64,000 nt of DNA from Candidatus Latescibacterota bacterium (GTDB lineage Bacteria > Latescibacterota > UBA2968): positions 4,768,001-4,832,000 of the forward strand of contig OZ220741.1 in assembly GCA_965116885.1 (NCBI GenBank), in the 5' to 3' direction. Below are positions 38,732-47,946 of this stretch, one piece after another. A model generated the notes under the pieces. That model saw only the letters and a list, made by a program, of their open reading frames with translations. It made no database searches and was not told where the DNA came from. Position numbers and translations under genes: made by a program. Within the stretch, counting starts at the first letter, position 1. Each line of letters opens with the position of its first letter.

Positions 38732-41700
38732 TTAAAACTGAATTTCCAGACCGATTTCCACTTCGCGCGGCTGATACCTGTAGCGCGTGGCTTCATTCGG
38801 ATCGCCATAAAGCAAATACTCAGTATCATCTGGCGGGGGCAACCGCAGCCCGTACTGTATATACGTGAAATCCGAATCTCGGCTCTCCGTACTCCTCTCA
38901 TTGAACAAATTGCTCACCTCCACAAATAGCGTGGGACGCAAATTGCCAATGGCTCGAAAATCTTTGGCCGCGTACAGATCCGTCTTCATCACCGTTGCTC
39001 CCGTGCGAAATTCGCGCGGGCCAATCGGGGGAACATACTCAAACGGCTCGCCGCTGAAAATGCGGTAGATCATGCTCACGCGCAGACCGCCGAATGGATT
39101 GATCGCACCCATTTTGGGACCATAAGCCATCGGCGTGGCATAATACAACTGAAGCGACAACTGATTCCTGCGTTGTCCACCGGTAGGCTCAGCAGAAAAA
39201 ACCTGCCCATTTGACGCTGTCCATATCCCATTATCATTGGTTTTAATAGGCGGCTGCCAGGGTCCTGCACCTGGCCCCTGTGACCCGGCCTGCTCGGTCC
39301 AAGACACGATATTTGCCTCGGCTCTGGCACTGATGTCAGCCACCTGTTCAGACGTGAGTGGCACGGGCCTTTCCGAACCATCGGATTGCACTTCCCAATC
39401 GGTCCAGTAGTGTCCGGCACTGATAAAATCGGCATCGGGAAGCACATACCAGTTCGCAGAGTGCTTGCCGTAGTGAATACCGCCCGGATCGCGCACCCAT
39501 TCGGCATTGTAGGACAAATTGAACTGGAAATTATTGCTAAACGTCTTTTTCAGCGACAATTCGAGACCGCGCGCTGTCTGCCAGTAGGTATTGCGTATGG
39601 CATTGACCTGAGCAGACTGGCCTTTGAGGGGATCTACCCAATAAGAAATATTGTTGCTGGCGTACAATCCCTCATCGCGCCGATAATGTGCCGTAATGCT
39701 CGCCGTATAATCGGCCACAAAATTCCAATCCACCCCCATTTCCATACTCGTCGTACGCTGGGGCTTCATGCCATCGGATGGCTGCCGCGCCGTGGTATGC
39801 ACTTCCATAGCATTCCACTTTTCGGTCTCATCAATCATGCCGTTGCCATTGAGGTCGTTGTCCGGTGCCTCGCTCGAGAACTGCCTGCGATGGGTTTCGA
39901 GAAGCACGGGGAAGACATTCGACCGACCAATAAAATAGTGTGCTGCCAGACGGTCTGTAATCGGATGCGACAGACCCACGCGCGGACTCAATGCCGTCAT
40001 CGTTGGTGTTGAACTATCGAGGTGATCCATCTCATACCGCGCCCGCGTAAACGTGCTGTACATCGGCGATTTGCCCAGCGCCTCTCCCATTGAGCCATTG
40101 CGACCATAATTGTAATAATCCCAGCGCAAACCCAGATTGGCGACCAGGCCTCCGTATTCTATCTTATCCTGCACATACAGGTTCAGCGTCCACGGCTTCA
40201 CATTTTTGCCCAGTTCAAAACCATCGGCCACAAACTCGAGAAAGCGGCTCTTGGTATTGTCAAAATCTTCTCGCGTGCGGTGATACGACCGCTGCGTGAG
40301 CACCAATCCCGTCTGTATCAAATGCGACCGGTTGACCTGGCTCACAAAATCGTACTTGATGCCGTATTTTATATCTTCCTCTTCGGTGTATTCGCGCAAC
40401 AGCGTGGGCAAATTGAAAAAGCCCGCCTTATCTTTGCGCACGGCTTCAGTGGCATCCGGCACATCGAACGCATCGCGATCGTATTTGTTGTAGAAAAATC
40501 TCAGATCGTAATACGTATTTTCGCCCAATGTATGCGTCAGCGTCAACACCTGGAGTTGCCGGGACAATGTATAAGTGCCCGAAGCTGAAAAATCCTCGGG
40601 AAAGAAAATATTTTGTGCATTATTGCGCGTCGATCCCTGAAACCGATCCGACCGCTGATACATCCCCAGGGCTTTAACCTTGATATTTGCACTGGGCCGA
40701 TACGTCAACGTTCCCTGCATGCGCGGCGGATCGTCCGACACCTGTTCAGCCGCCGGGAACCTGGCCGGGCTGCGGGCATAACTCACACTGGCAAAATACG
40801 AAAGATCGGGTGTGAGCGGGCCGCCCAATGTACCTTCTAAGCGGTGCCCGCGCTTGTCCGTATAATCAACGCGCTCGTGCGCCATGCGCTCGACATCGTC
40901 AGATGTCCCCAGGACGCGGTCCGGTCCCGGATCCATATATGTTTCATTCACCCAATCGGGATTGTCCCACTGCACATTGTCTTCAAATCTGGGGCTTTCA
41001 TAAACGTCTCTGCCCCAGTGTTTTTTCCCCGAAGGCGTGAACTTATACTCCACCCGCCCAGAGAAATTGCCCCGGCCTTCTTTTGTCACCACACTCACAA
41101 TGCCCGCACCCGCATTGCCAAATTCCGCATTCATCCCGCCAGTGAGCACACTCAATTCCTGAATAGCCGTAGTATTCACACCCGTGAGCAAGCTCCGATC
41201 GACCTCAATCCCATCGATATAATAGCCCACCTGCGTCCCCGTTTGCGCCCGCGTTGTACTTCCGCGAATGCGATTGGTGCCATCCAGTGCCATACCCGGT
41301 TGCAATGCAATCAACTGCGATGTCGATCTCACCTGCGGCACAGCCTGAATATCTGCCGAAGAAACCACGTATTTGCTCGTGGTTTTATCTGGCTCCACAG
41401 GCGGACGCTCCGCAACAACAATCAACTCGGCCAATTCGAGACTGGCTTCTTTCAGTGCAAAATTTACTGTAGATGTATAATCCACAATCACCTGTACCGC
41501 TTCTTTCTTCTCTGTGCCATAGCCCACCATCGTCGCCGTAAGGGTGTACATGCCGGGATCTACAGCCAGAATTAAATAGCGGCCTTCGGCATCGGTAGTA
41601 GCTCCTTTGCGGGTCCCTTCGAGCGCCACATTCGCGCCCGGCAAGGACTCACCCGTAGCGGCATCTGTGATGACACCCGTGATTTTACCCGCTGTTGTCG

Positions 41701-41758
41701 CCATGGCCGATGTATCCATCAGCAACAACAAAATAAATCCCAATATTAACCGCTTCAT
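38732..41758 (-). CDS. TonB-dependent receptor with N-terminal carboxypeptidase-regulatory-like domain
   Basis: Signal peptide; GKITG..TD..TGE.LPGANV, IRG, YYIDG, GG.NAEFG, NLGLRWDY, SPR.G.S.PI, NLFN, C-terminal Phe. Confidence 0.92.
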   Translation of the reverse strand: MKRLILGFILLLLMDTSAMATTAGKITGVITDAATGESLPGANVALEGTRKGATTDAEGRYLILAVDPGMYTLTATMVGYGTEKKEAVQVIVDYTSTVNFALKEASLELAELIVVAERPPVEPDKTTSKYVVSSADIQAVPQVRSTSQLIALQPGMALDGTNRIRGSTTRAQTGTQVGYYIDGIEVDRSLLTGVNTTAIQELSVLTGGMNAEFGNAGAGIVSVVTKEGRGNFSGRVEYKFTPSGKKHWGRDVYESPRFEDNVQWDNPDWVNETYMDPGPDRVLGTSDDVERMAHERVDYTDKRGHRLEGTLGGPLTPDLSYFASVSYARSPARFPAAEQVSDDPPRMQGTLTYRPSANIKVKALGMYQRSDRFQGSTRNNAQNIFFPEDFSASGTYTLSRQLQVLTLTHTLGENTYYDLRFFYNKYDRDAFDVPDATEAVRKDKAGFFNLPTLLREYTEEEDIKYGIKYDFVSQVNRSHLIQTGLVLTQRSYHRTREDFDNTKSRFLEFVADGFELGKNVKPWTLNLYVQDKIEYGGLVANLGLRWDYYNYGRNGSMGEALGKSPMYSTFTRARYEMDHLDSSTPTMTALSPRVGLSHPITDRLAAHYFIGRSNVFPVLLETHRRQFSSEAPDNDLNGNGMIDETEKWNAMEVHTTARQPSDGMKPQRTTSMEMGVDWNFVADYTASITAHYRRDEGLYASNNISYWVDPLKGQSAQVNAIRNTYWQTARGLELSLKKTFSNNFQFNLSYNAEWVRDPGGIHYGKHSANWYVLPDADFISAGHYWTDWEVQSDGSERPVPLTSEQVADISARAEANIVSWTEQAGSQGPGAGPWQPPIKTNDNGIWTASNGQVFSAEPTGGQRRNQLSLQLYYATPMAYGPKMGAINPFGGLRVSMIYRIFSGEPFEYVPPIGPREFRTGATVMKTDLYAAKDFRAIGNLRPTLFVEVSNLFNERSTESRDSDFTYIQYGLRLPPPDDTEYLLYGDPNEATRYRYQPREVEIGLEIQF

Positions 41759-41778
41759 AATCCTCTCCTCTTTGAGAT

Positions 41779-42471
41779 CTACCAGTACAATTTGAATGCC
41801 GTCCTGAAATCGAACATCGCAATGGGAAATACCCCGGGCAGATTCCACGCCTCCATCGGCCGCAAATCACCTAAAATCATGTGATAGCGCCCGCGGATAT
41901 CCAGCCCGAATCGCCCCTGCACCACCGTCATGCCCAACCCAAAATTCGCCCCCAGAGCCGTATGTTCATCCTCTCGATCATCCAGCATCAGATCCGCATT
42001 CAAAGGCTCCTCTTTTTGTCCCGGATAAATCAGACCAGTAATCCGATCCTGATAATCGTAAAACCCCGCACCCACAGCGACATAAGGCAAAAGCTGCAAA
42101 TCGCTGCTGGACTTGCGGGTATTGAGATATGCCAGGGCATTGATCAAAAAGCTGTTGAGATTAAATCGAGAATTTGCATCTGGACTCAAATATTTTTGCT
42201 TATCAATGGGCCACGTAAACGCCAGACCTTCGATCTTTCCGTCATCCATTGTCAGGTGATGGTATTCAAACTCCATCGTAGCGCGCGAACTGACCTGATA
42301 ATCCAGCACCGCACCATATACCTGAGAAGCCGAATACCGATCGTGAAACCCCAGCACGGGCACACTGCGGTTAAAAAACACGCCAGCGCCGTATTGAGCT
42401 TCCTGGGCAGAAACCGGCACTGCGACCAACAATGCCAGTAGCCACACCTTCAACATCAAATATCTATTCAT
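41779..42471 (-). CDS. Small outer-membrane beta-barrel protein
   Basis: Signal peptide; PYV.VGAGFY, G.NFGLG, aromatic C-terminus; AAGGAGG RBS. Confidence 0.65.
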   Translation of the reverse strand: MNRYLMLKVWLLALLVAVPVSAQEAQYGAGVFFNRSVPVLGFHDRYSASQVYGAVLDYQVSSRATMEFEYHHLTMDDGKIEGLAFTWPIDKQKYLSPDANSRFNLNSFLINALAYLNTRKSSSDLQLLPYVAVGAGFYDYQDRITGLIYPGQKEEPLNADLMLDDREDEHTALGANFGLGMTVVQGRFGLDIRGRYHMILGDLRPMEAWNLPGVFPIAMFDFRTAFKLYW

Positions 42472-42704
42472 ACGTATTCCTCCTTTTAACATGTTTCCTG
42501 CGTCCAGTATATTGACGACTCATATCATATTGCCTCCTTTCCAGGGAGCACAACGGGTTATCTCTATCGAAGCGATGTACAACTTCGTAGAAGCTCAATC
42601 GTCGATATTTCCTCCTTTCTCACTATTGACAAAAACAGGTGAAATTGTTAAAATCTGTCCTTTTTGTCGTATAACGGGTTTCTGAATCCCTTATACGGCG
42701 ACCT

Positions 42705-42750
42705 GGTCGTTAGCCCGATCTCGCCAAAGTTCAGAGGCTAACGGCCTTTT
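42705..42750. other. Intergenic hairpin (possible terminator or structured leader)
   Basis: GGTCGTTAGCC / GGCTAACGGCC stem followed by TTTTT on the plus strand. Confidence 0.45.
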
Positions 42751-42791
42751 TAATTTGACCAAACAGAAAATTCGAATGTTCCAACCCTTGC

Positions 42792-43562
42792 TCAAACTCC
42801 TAACTTCTTGATAAACGCCAAATTCTTCGCGTGATCGGCATTTGGATCATCGCCCGAAGGCGTCTCCAGAACGATGTACCCATCGTACCCGATCTCGCGC
42901 ATCGCCGCATCCACCGAATCAAAATCCACGCGCCCGTCCCCCAACGCCTGTCGGTCTGTATCCTTCGCGTGAATCATCCCGACACCCTCACTTCCCAGCT
43001 TCAAAATTTCCTCAGCCGGATCCTGTCCGCGCGTCATCGTATTGCCCGTATCGTGATAGACCTTCACTGCAGGAGACCCCACGCGGTCCAAAATCATCAC
43101 CAGTTGATCTGCGCTAAACGTCGTCTCCAGATCCAAAATCACGCCGTGTTCTTCCGCAACCTCACCCAGTGCTTTGAACCCATCCACCAGTTGATCCCAC
43201 GTCGAATCTGGCCACGCATCCATATCTCTCGGAAACATCGGCACCAGAATATGCCGCGTATCAACCGCCGCACACGACCCAATTACATGCGTTAAAATCT
43301 CGACACCCTCGGCGCACTTTTCCGCTTCTGGCAATGCGGGATGAAATTGTGAAAACACCCCCGGCGACAGTGAAGAAATCTCAACACCCGCCGCATCTGC
43401 CAATCCCTTCAGTTTCTCTGCCCCGCCATCCTCCCACAAAATATTCTCTCCATAGTCTCGCCCAACACAAAACTCCACCCCATCAAACCCAATATCCTTC
43501 GCCACTGAAAATACCGCTTCCAGCGGTGCTTTTAACATAGTATCTCGAATACCGTATTTCAC
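42792..43562 (-). CDS. Sugar phosphate isomerase/epimerase (xylose-isomerase-like TIM barrel)
   Basis: GFDGVE, LE, DTGN, HAKD, LGDG.VDF, GYDGY.VLET; GTG start after AGGAG. Confidence 0.88.
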   Translation of the reverse strand: MKYGIRDTMLKAPLEAVFSVAKDIGFDGVEFCVGRDYGENILWEDGGAEKLKGLADAAGVEISSLSPGVFSQFHPALPEAEKCAEGVEILTHVIGSCAAVDTRHILVPMFPRDMDAWPDSTWDQLVDGFKALGEVAEEHGVILDLETTFSADQLVMILDRVGSPAVKVYHDTGNTMTRGQDPAEEILKLGSEGVGMIHAKDTDRQALGDGRVDFDSVDAAMREIGYDGYIVLETPSGDDPNADHAKNLAFIKKLGV

Positions 43563-43596
43563 AATAGATCTCCTTTGAATAACCCTTGAAACGCTG

Positions 43597-44712
43597 TCAA
43601 CAGAAGATTTCGTCTCCAATATCTAATTGCGGCAACACCGCACCCAACACCTTCGCAAAGGCTTGCCGCTCGGCGGATGGCCCCACGGTCACGCGAATGC
43701 AGCGGTCGAGCGGAGCCACGCCCGGCATCCGCACGAAGACCCCGTGCTGCAAAAGCATCTGCATCAGCCGCCGCGCTCGCGCGCCACTACCCACGTCGAG
43801 GGCCACAAAATTAGTCCCCGAAGACACCGTTTGCAACCCCAATTCCGCCGCCAGCACCGCGTATTCCCGTCGGCCTTCCTCTACTTGCCGCACCACCGAG
43901 CGCACGAACGCATCGTCGCCCAGCGAAGCAAGTGCCCCGGCCTGGGCGATGCGATTGACGCCAAAGTGATTGCGCACCTTGTCGAGCGCGACCACCACAT
44001 CGCGGTGTGCCAGCGCGTAGCCGACCCGGGCCCCAGCCATGCCGTGCGCCTTGGAAAACGTCCGCAACCGCACCACCTGTGCCCGTTCCACTTCCAGCGG
44101 CAACAGGGCATCCTCCGGCGCGAAGTCGATATACGCCTCGTCGAGCAGCAACACACAATCCGGCGGCAACCCCGCGATAAAATCCCGCAACTCGTCGGCT
44201 CGCTGATAGGTGCCCATGGGGTTGTCGGGATTGGCCACGTAGATCAGCCTGGGGCGCACTTGCCGCGCCTTGTCCAACAGGGCAGGCAAGTCCTCCCGAT
44301 CCGCGCGATAGGGCACCTTGTGCAACACCGCCCCGTGCCCCTCAACGTGGTAGTTAAACGTGGGATAGGCCCCCAGCGACGTCACCACTGCGTCGCCCGG
44401 CTCGGCAAAAAGGCGCACCAAAAGCCCCAACAGTTCGTCAATCCCCGCACCCAGGACGACCTCTTCCCGCGCCACCCCGTGCCGCACCGCCAACGCCGAG
44501 CGCAGCTCGTATCCCTCTGGATCGTTGTACCAATGCACTTGCTCCACCGCCTCTACCATGGCCTGCCGCGCCCGCGGCGAGATACCAAAATTGCTCTCGT
44601 TAGCCCCAACTCGCAGGACGAGCGGCTGCCCTTGCTCCCGCTCCAATGCCTCGGGAGGCACAAAAGGAACGGTCGCTGGCAGGGCGCAGACGATGTGCGT
44701 AAACGGCAACAC
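43597..44712 (-). CDS. PLP-dependent aminotransferase class I/II (HisC-like)
   Basis: GANES, ANPDNPMG, LDEAY, RTFSKAHGMAG.RVGY, IRVTVG. Confidence 0.88.
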   Translation of the reverse strand: MLPFTHIVCALPATVPFVPPEALEREQGQPLVLRVGANESNFGISPRARQAMVEAVEQVHWYNDPEGYELRSALAVRHGVAREEVVLGAGIDELLGLLVRLFAEPGDAVVTSLGAYPTFNYHVEGHGAVLHKVPYRADREDLPALLDKARQVRPRLIYVANPDNPMGTYQRADELRDFIAGLPPDCVLLLDEAYIDFAPEDALLPLEVERAQVVRLRTFSKAHGMAGARVGYALAHRDVVVALDKVRNHFGVNRIAQAGALASLGDDAFVRSVVRQVEEGRREYAVLAAELGLQTVSSGTNFVALDVGSGARARRLMQMLLQHGVFVRMPGVAPLDRCIRVTVGPSAERQAFAKVLGAVLPQLDIGDEIFC

Positions 44713-44715
44713 GGG

Positions 44716-45534
44716 TTAAGACCACACGTAGATTTCGTCGTCTTCTTCGGCATAGCCAATGAAGACGGCGAGCACCACCCGCGGATCGTCCCCCTGCACC
44801 GCAGGGACCTCGTGGATGCAGCGCGTATTGAAGAAATACAAATCGCCCGGCTCGAGCGCGACCTCGCAGTGCGCCACGCCATGCGCGGCCGCATATTCGT
44901 GAAAACGGCCCTCGGCGATATACGGCTGTATCTCCTCGGTCCACAGACAGCGATGCAACACAGCCTGCACCCCAGGCCCTGCGGAATCCGCGTTCTGCAC
45001 GCACAGCACACCGGCAAATTGGTGGGTAAAGCGCGCCACCTCGTAGTTGAACCGCTTTTCGCGCAGAACGACGTGGTCGATGTGCGGACTATAGGCGTGG
45101 GTCTCGTAGTGGATGCGAAAGATGGCCGGGCCGTACAAGCGCCCGTCGCGCTCGCGCGCCGTCTTAATCTCCTTATTGGAAGCCAACGCCCGCAAGTGCC
45201 GATAGAGCAGTTGCACCGGGTCGAGCAAACCCGCAAAAAGGGTAGCAAAAAGCGCGTGCGTCTCCTCCGCATCTGCCAGGAACGCCTCTTGGTCGCCGCC
45301 CAGGTTGCCGAGGCTGGTGCCAATGTCGATGCGCGTGCGCTCGTCGCCCGCAGCGCGCAGCAACCCGCGCTCGGCAAAGCGTTCCATCAGCCGCTGGCAA
45401 TCGGCTGGCGTACAGACCTGGGGCAACAGAATCGCCGGTATCTCCGCCCGAGCCAGGGCGCCGAGCGGATCGGCGCACTCGTCCGGCCCCACGGGCCGCC
45501 AAGCGGCTCTTGTGTGACCCTGTGGATACTTCAA
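44716..45534 (-). CDS. Fe(II)/2OG-dependent oxygenase (HxD)
   Basis: FRIH...PHID, PGDLYFFN...IHEV, R; exact start uncertain. Confidence 0.65.
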   Translation of the reverse strand: MKYPQGHTRAAWRPVGPDECADPLGALARAEIPAILLPQVCTPADCQRLMERFAERGLLRAAGDERTRIDIGTSLGNLGGDQEAFLADAEETHALFATLFAGLLDPVQLLYRHLRALASNKEIKTARERDGRLYGPAIFRIHYETHAYSPHIDHVVLREKRFNYEVARFTHQFAGVLCVQNADSAGPGVQAVLHRCLWTEEIQPYIAEGRFHEYAAAHGVAHCEVALEPGDLYFFNTRCIHEVPAVQGDDPRVVLAVFIGYAEEDDEIYVWS

Positions 45535-45567
45535 TGCGGATCCTTCCTTTTAGCCTTTGCAGATGCC

Positions 45568-46941
45568 CTACGCCCAATTCTTCGGCCAGTCAAAATGCGC
45601 GTTGATATCTTCCACGTATTTCATCGGCTCATTGGGTTCGATATTAAACAGTGCATCCAGCACCTCCACCCCGTGCTCATAAGACCTTGTCTCCTTACTT
45701 TCGAGCACGCCAAATAGCATCATCGACTTATCGCCCGACAAAACCGCCTCGAGCGTACGCTCCATATTGAGCCAATCGGGATAAATGCACTCCAGCATAA
45801 TCTTCTTAGGCAATGGCGGCACGCGCAAAGGCTGAATACCCTTCTTATTCACAATCGCGGGCACTTCCACCGCCACATCGTCGGGAATACCCGGCAACAC
45901 GCCGTGATTGGGGACATTCACCTGAAACTGCCCTTCCACATTGTTCACCAGCCCATTCATAATCGGAATATGCTGCTCGTGCGTCATCTGATCGCCAAAA
46001 AGATCAACCGGCCGAATTTTCTCATCATAAGCCGCCGCCTTCATCTGCTCGTATTTTTTTGCCTTGCCTGCCAGCACCGCATCGCGGCCAGCCGGCGTGT
46101 CTTTACCGCCATTGGGATCATACCAGTATTTCCGCGCCTCCAAATCCGTATGATACCACCAGCCGCCCCGCCGGGGCGTATCGCCAATGGGCATCAAACC
46201 ATACATCCTGTATTGATGAATCGACGCACGCGACATCTGCGTGGGAATCGCCTTGCCCTCTCGGGCCAACCGCTCCCAATACGCCTCGCTCTCCTCGGCA
46301 ATCCATCGATCCAACTTCGGATACATATCCTCATTTTCATAGATAAAATCCGTCATCCAAATATTGTGATTCAACCCCGGTGCCTGCCACGTCACCTCAT
46401 CCGGGTCCAATCCCAATGTGCGCGCCACCCCCGCGTAGCCATAATGCCCGTGGCACAACCCGCATACCTTAATCCCCGTCTCCCGCGTCATCAATGTAGT
46501 TCCGGCAAAAACTGGATTACCCGCCAGCAAAATCCACGCATCGGGACACAGCTTCTCCATATCCTGCGCCACATCCAGCATCAGTTGCAAATTGTGATAC
46601 TCGGGCATCCCGGTCTTATCGTAAAAATAACCGAGCTTCGCCGTCATCTTGCGCCGCCGCTGCATAAAATACTCATTGTGCGTCACCGTTGCCGTATTGA
46701 TAACAAAATCGGCATCCTTTAATGCAGCCTCCCGGCTCGTCGTTTTCTCAAACGTCATATCCGCGCTCAAATCCTCAGCATACCGCCGCCCGAGTTCGTA
46801 AATCACATCGAGCACTTCCTCATTGATATCCATAAAACAAACATGGCTACCATTCAACTCCTTTGTCAGACACAAATCCTTCACCAACCCGAGCGAAAAC
46901 ACCACGCTACCCGCACCAAAAATCGTCACCTTATTTGCCAT
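45568..46941 (-). CDS. Glycoside hydrolase family 4 (NAD-dependent alpha-galactosidase/glucosidase-like)
   Basis: IFGAGSVVF, DADFVIN, NP, GLCHG, GLNH, NVPN.G....P.D.AVEVP. Confidence 0.92.
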   Translation of the reverse strand: MANKVTIFGAGSVVFSLGLVKDLCLTKELNGSHVCFMDINEEVLDVIYELGRRYAEDLSADMTFEKTTSREAALKDADFVINTATVTHNEYFMQRRRKMTAKLGYFYDKTGMPEYHNLQLMLDVAQDMEKLCPDAWILLAGNPVFAGTTLMTRETGIKVCGLCHGHYGYAGVARTLGLDPDEVTWQAPGLNHNIWMTDFIYENEDMYPKLDRWIAEESEAYWERLAREGKAIPTQMSRASIHQYRMYGLMPIGDTPRRGGWWYHTDLEARKYWYDPNGGKDTPAGRDAVLAGKAKKYEQMKAAAYDEKIRPVDLFGDQMTHEQHIPIMNGLVNNVEGQFQVNVPNHGVLPGIPDDVAVEVPAIVNKKGIQPLRVPPLPKKIMLECIYPDWLNMERTLEAVLSGDKSMMLFGVLESKETRSYEHGVEVLDALFNIEPNEPMKYVEDINAHFDWPKNWA

Positions 46942-47157
46942 TGCACACTCCCTAATGTCAATTGAGAATTGAGAATTAAAAATTAAAAATTGGCCCAACT
47001 TCCCGCCCCCAATGAACTGCTACGGTTCATCAGCAGTTCATCATTCACATTCCTTAAAACGTGTAGAGACCAGACGCCTCAAACAATTTACGACATAGCA
47101 TCTAAAACCGCCAGTCATTCAGAAATAGGTCTTATGATAAAAAACAGCGCAAAGACC

Positions 47158-47185
47158 TTGACTTGACGTGTAATATATGTATAAT
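47158..47185 (+). promoter_or_regulatory. Sigma70-type promoter of the TA locus
   Basis: TTGACT (47158-47163), 16 bp spacer, TATAAT (47180-47185), in an AT-rich quasi-palindromic tract. Confidence 0.6.
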
Positions 47186-47379
47186 TATATGTATCAAAAT
47201 ATGTCAATCAATATGAAATTGTGTAAAGTAAGGAAAGTAGTGTTGTGAATATAGATTACGTAAATACCCCTTCTGATATTGCAGAAGCAATTGAACAGGC
47301 AGAAATCATTGAGGACTTTCTGCCATCACTCTATCAACTTGATCTGAAGGAAGCGACGGGGAACAGGTTTGATTCTTTC

Positions 47380-47679
47380 ATGGTCAGAGAAAAAAGCCCT
47401 ATAACAAACTTTGAATGGGATAAAAACAAAAATCATATCAACCAATCTAAACACCAGGTCTCATTTTCCGAAGCCCGGCTTGCGTTTGAGGATTCTCATC
47501 GCATCATTGCCATTGACCATAAACACAGCACACCTGAAGAAACGCGATATTTTTGTTTTGGAAAGGTTGGAGATCGCGTCTTAACAGTCCGATTTACCTA
47601 TCGGACAGACAACATTCGCATATTCGGTGCCGGTTATTGGCGCGAAGGAAGGAAGCGTTATGAACAACAAAAAATATGA
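47380..47679 (+). CDS. brnT: BrnT family toxin (may be extended in frame to GTG 47245)
   Basis: FEWD..KN..N..KH.VSF.EA...F.D, E.R...G, LTV.FT.R...IRI. Confidence 0.9.
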   Translation: MVREKSPITNFEWDKNKNHINQSKHQVSFSEARLAFEDSHRIIAIDHKHSTPEETRYFCFGKVGDRVLTVRFTYRTDNIRIFGAGYWREGRKRYEQQKI

Positions 47680-47905
47680 GCAAGCACCTTCTGATATTGC
47701 AGAAGCAATTGAACAGGCAGAAATCATTGAGGATTTTCTACCGCCACCTGATCAACTCGTCCTCAAAGAAGAGACCGTAAGGATCACACTGAACCTCAAC
47801 AAAAAGAGTGTCGATTTCTTCAAGCTAAGAGCAAAAGAAAACGGCATTCCCTATCAGCGTATGATCCGCAAAGTGCTCGATATTTACGCCGAGCGATTTG
47901 TATAA
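47660..47905 (+). CDS. BrnA/CopG-like ribbon-helix-helix antitoxin
   Basis: DFLPPP..L, .ITL.L....VDFFK..A...GIPYQ.MIR..LD.Y; overlaps the toxin 3' end. Confidence 0.85.
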   Translation: MNNKKYEQAPSDIAEAIEQAEIIEDFLPPPDQLVLKEETVRITLNLNKKSVDFFKLRAKENGIPYQRMIRKVLDIYAERFV

Positions 47906-47946
47906 ACCGCTCCGAATTGTGATCTCTCCTGACCAATCGTATAGAC

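Noticed and set aside
43597..44712. Calling this gene hisC
   Set aside because: Fold-level similarity only; it lies in a high-GC cassette with an oxygenase and no other his genes.
43627..45717. 696-aa plus-strand ORF, and many other long antisense ORFs in the track (e.g. 5797-7020, 33783-34937, 54618-55721)
   Set aside because: They overlap well-supported genes on the opposite strand, are Arg/His/Pro-rich or motif-free, and are typical shadow ORFs of biased codon usage.
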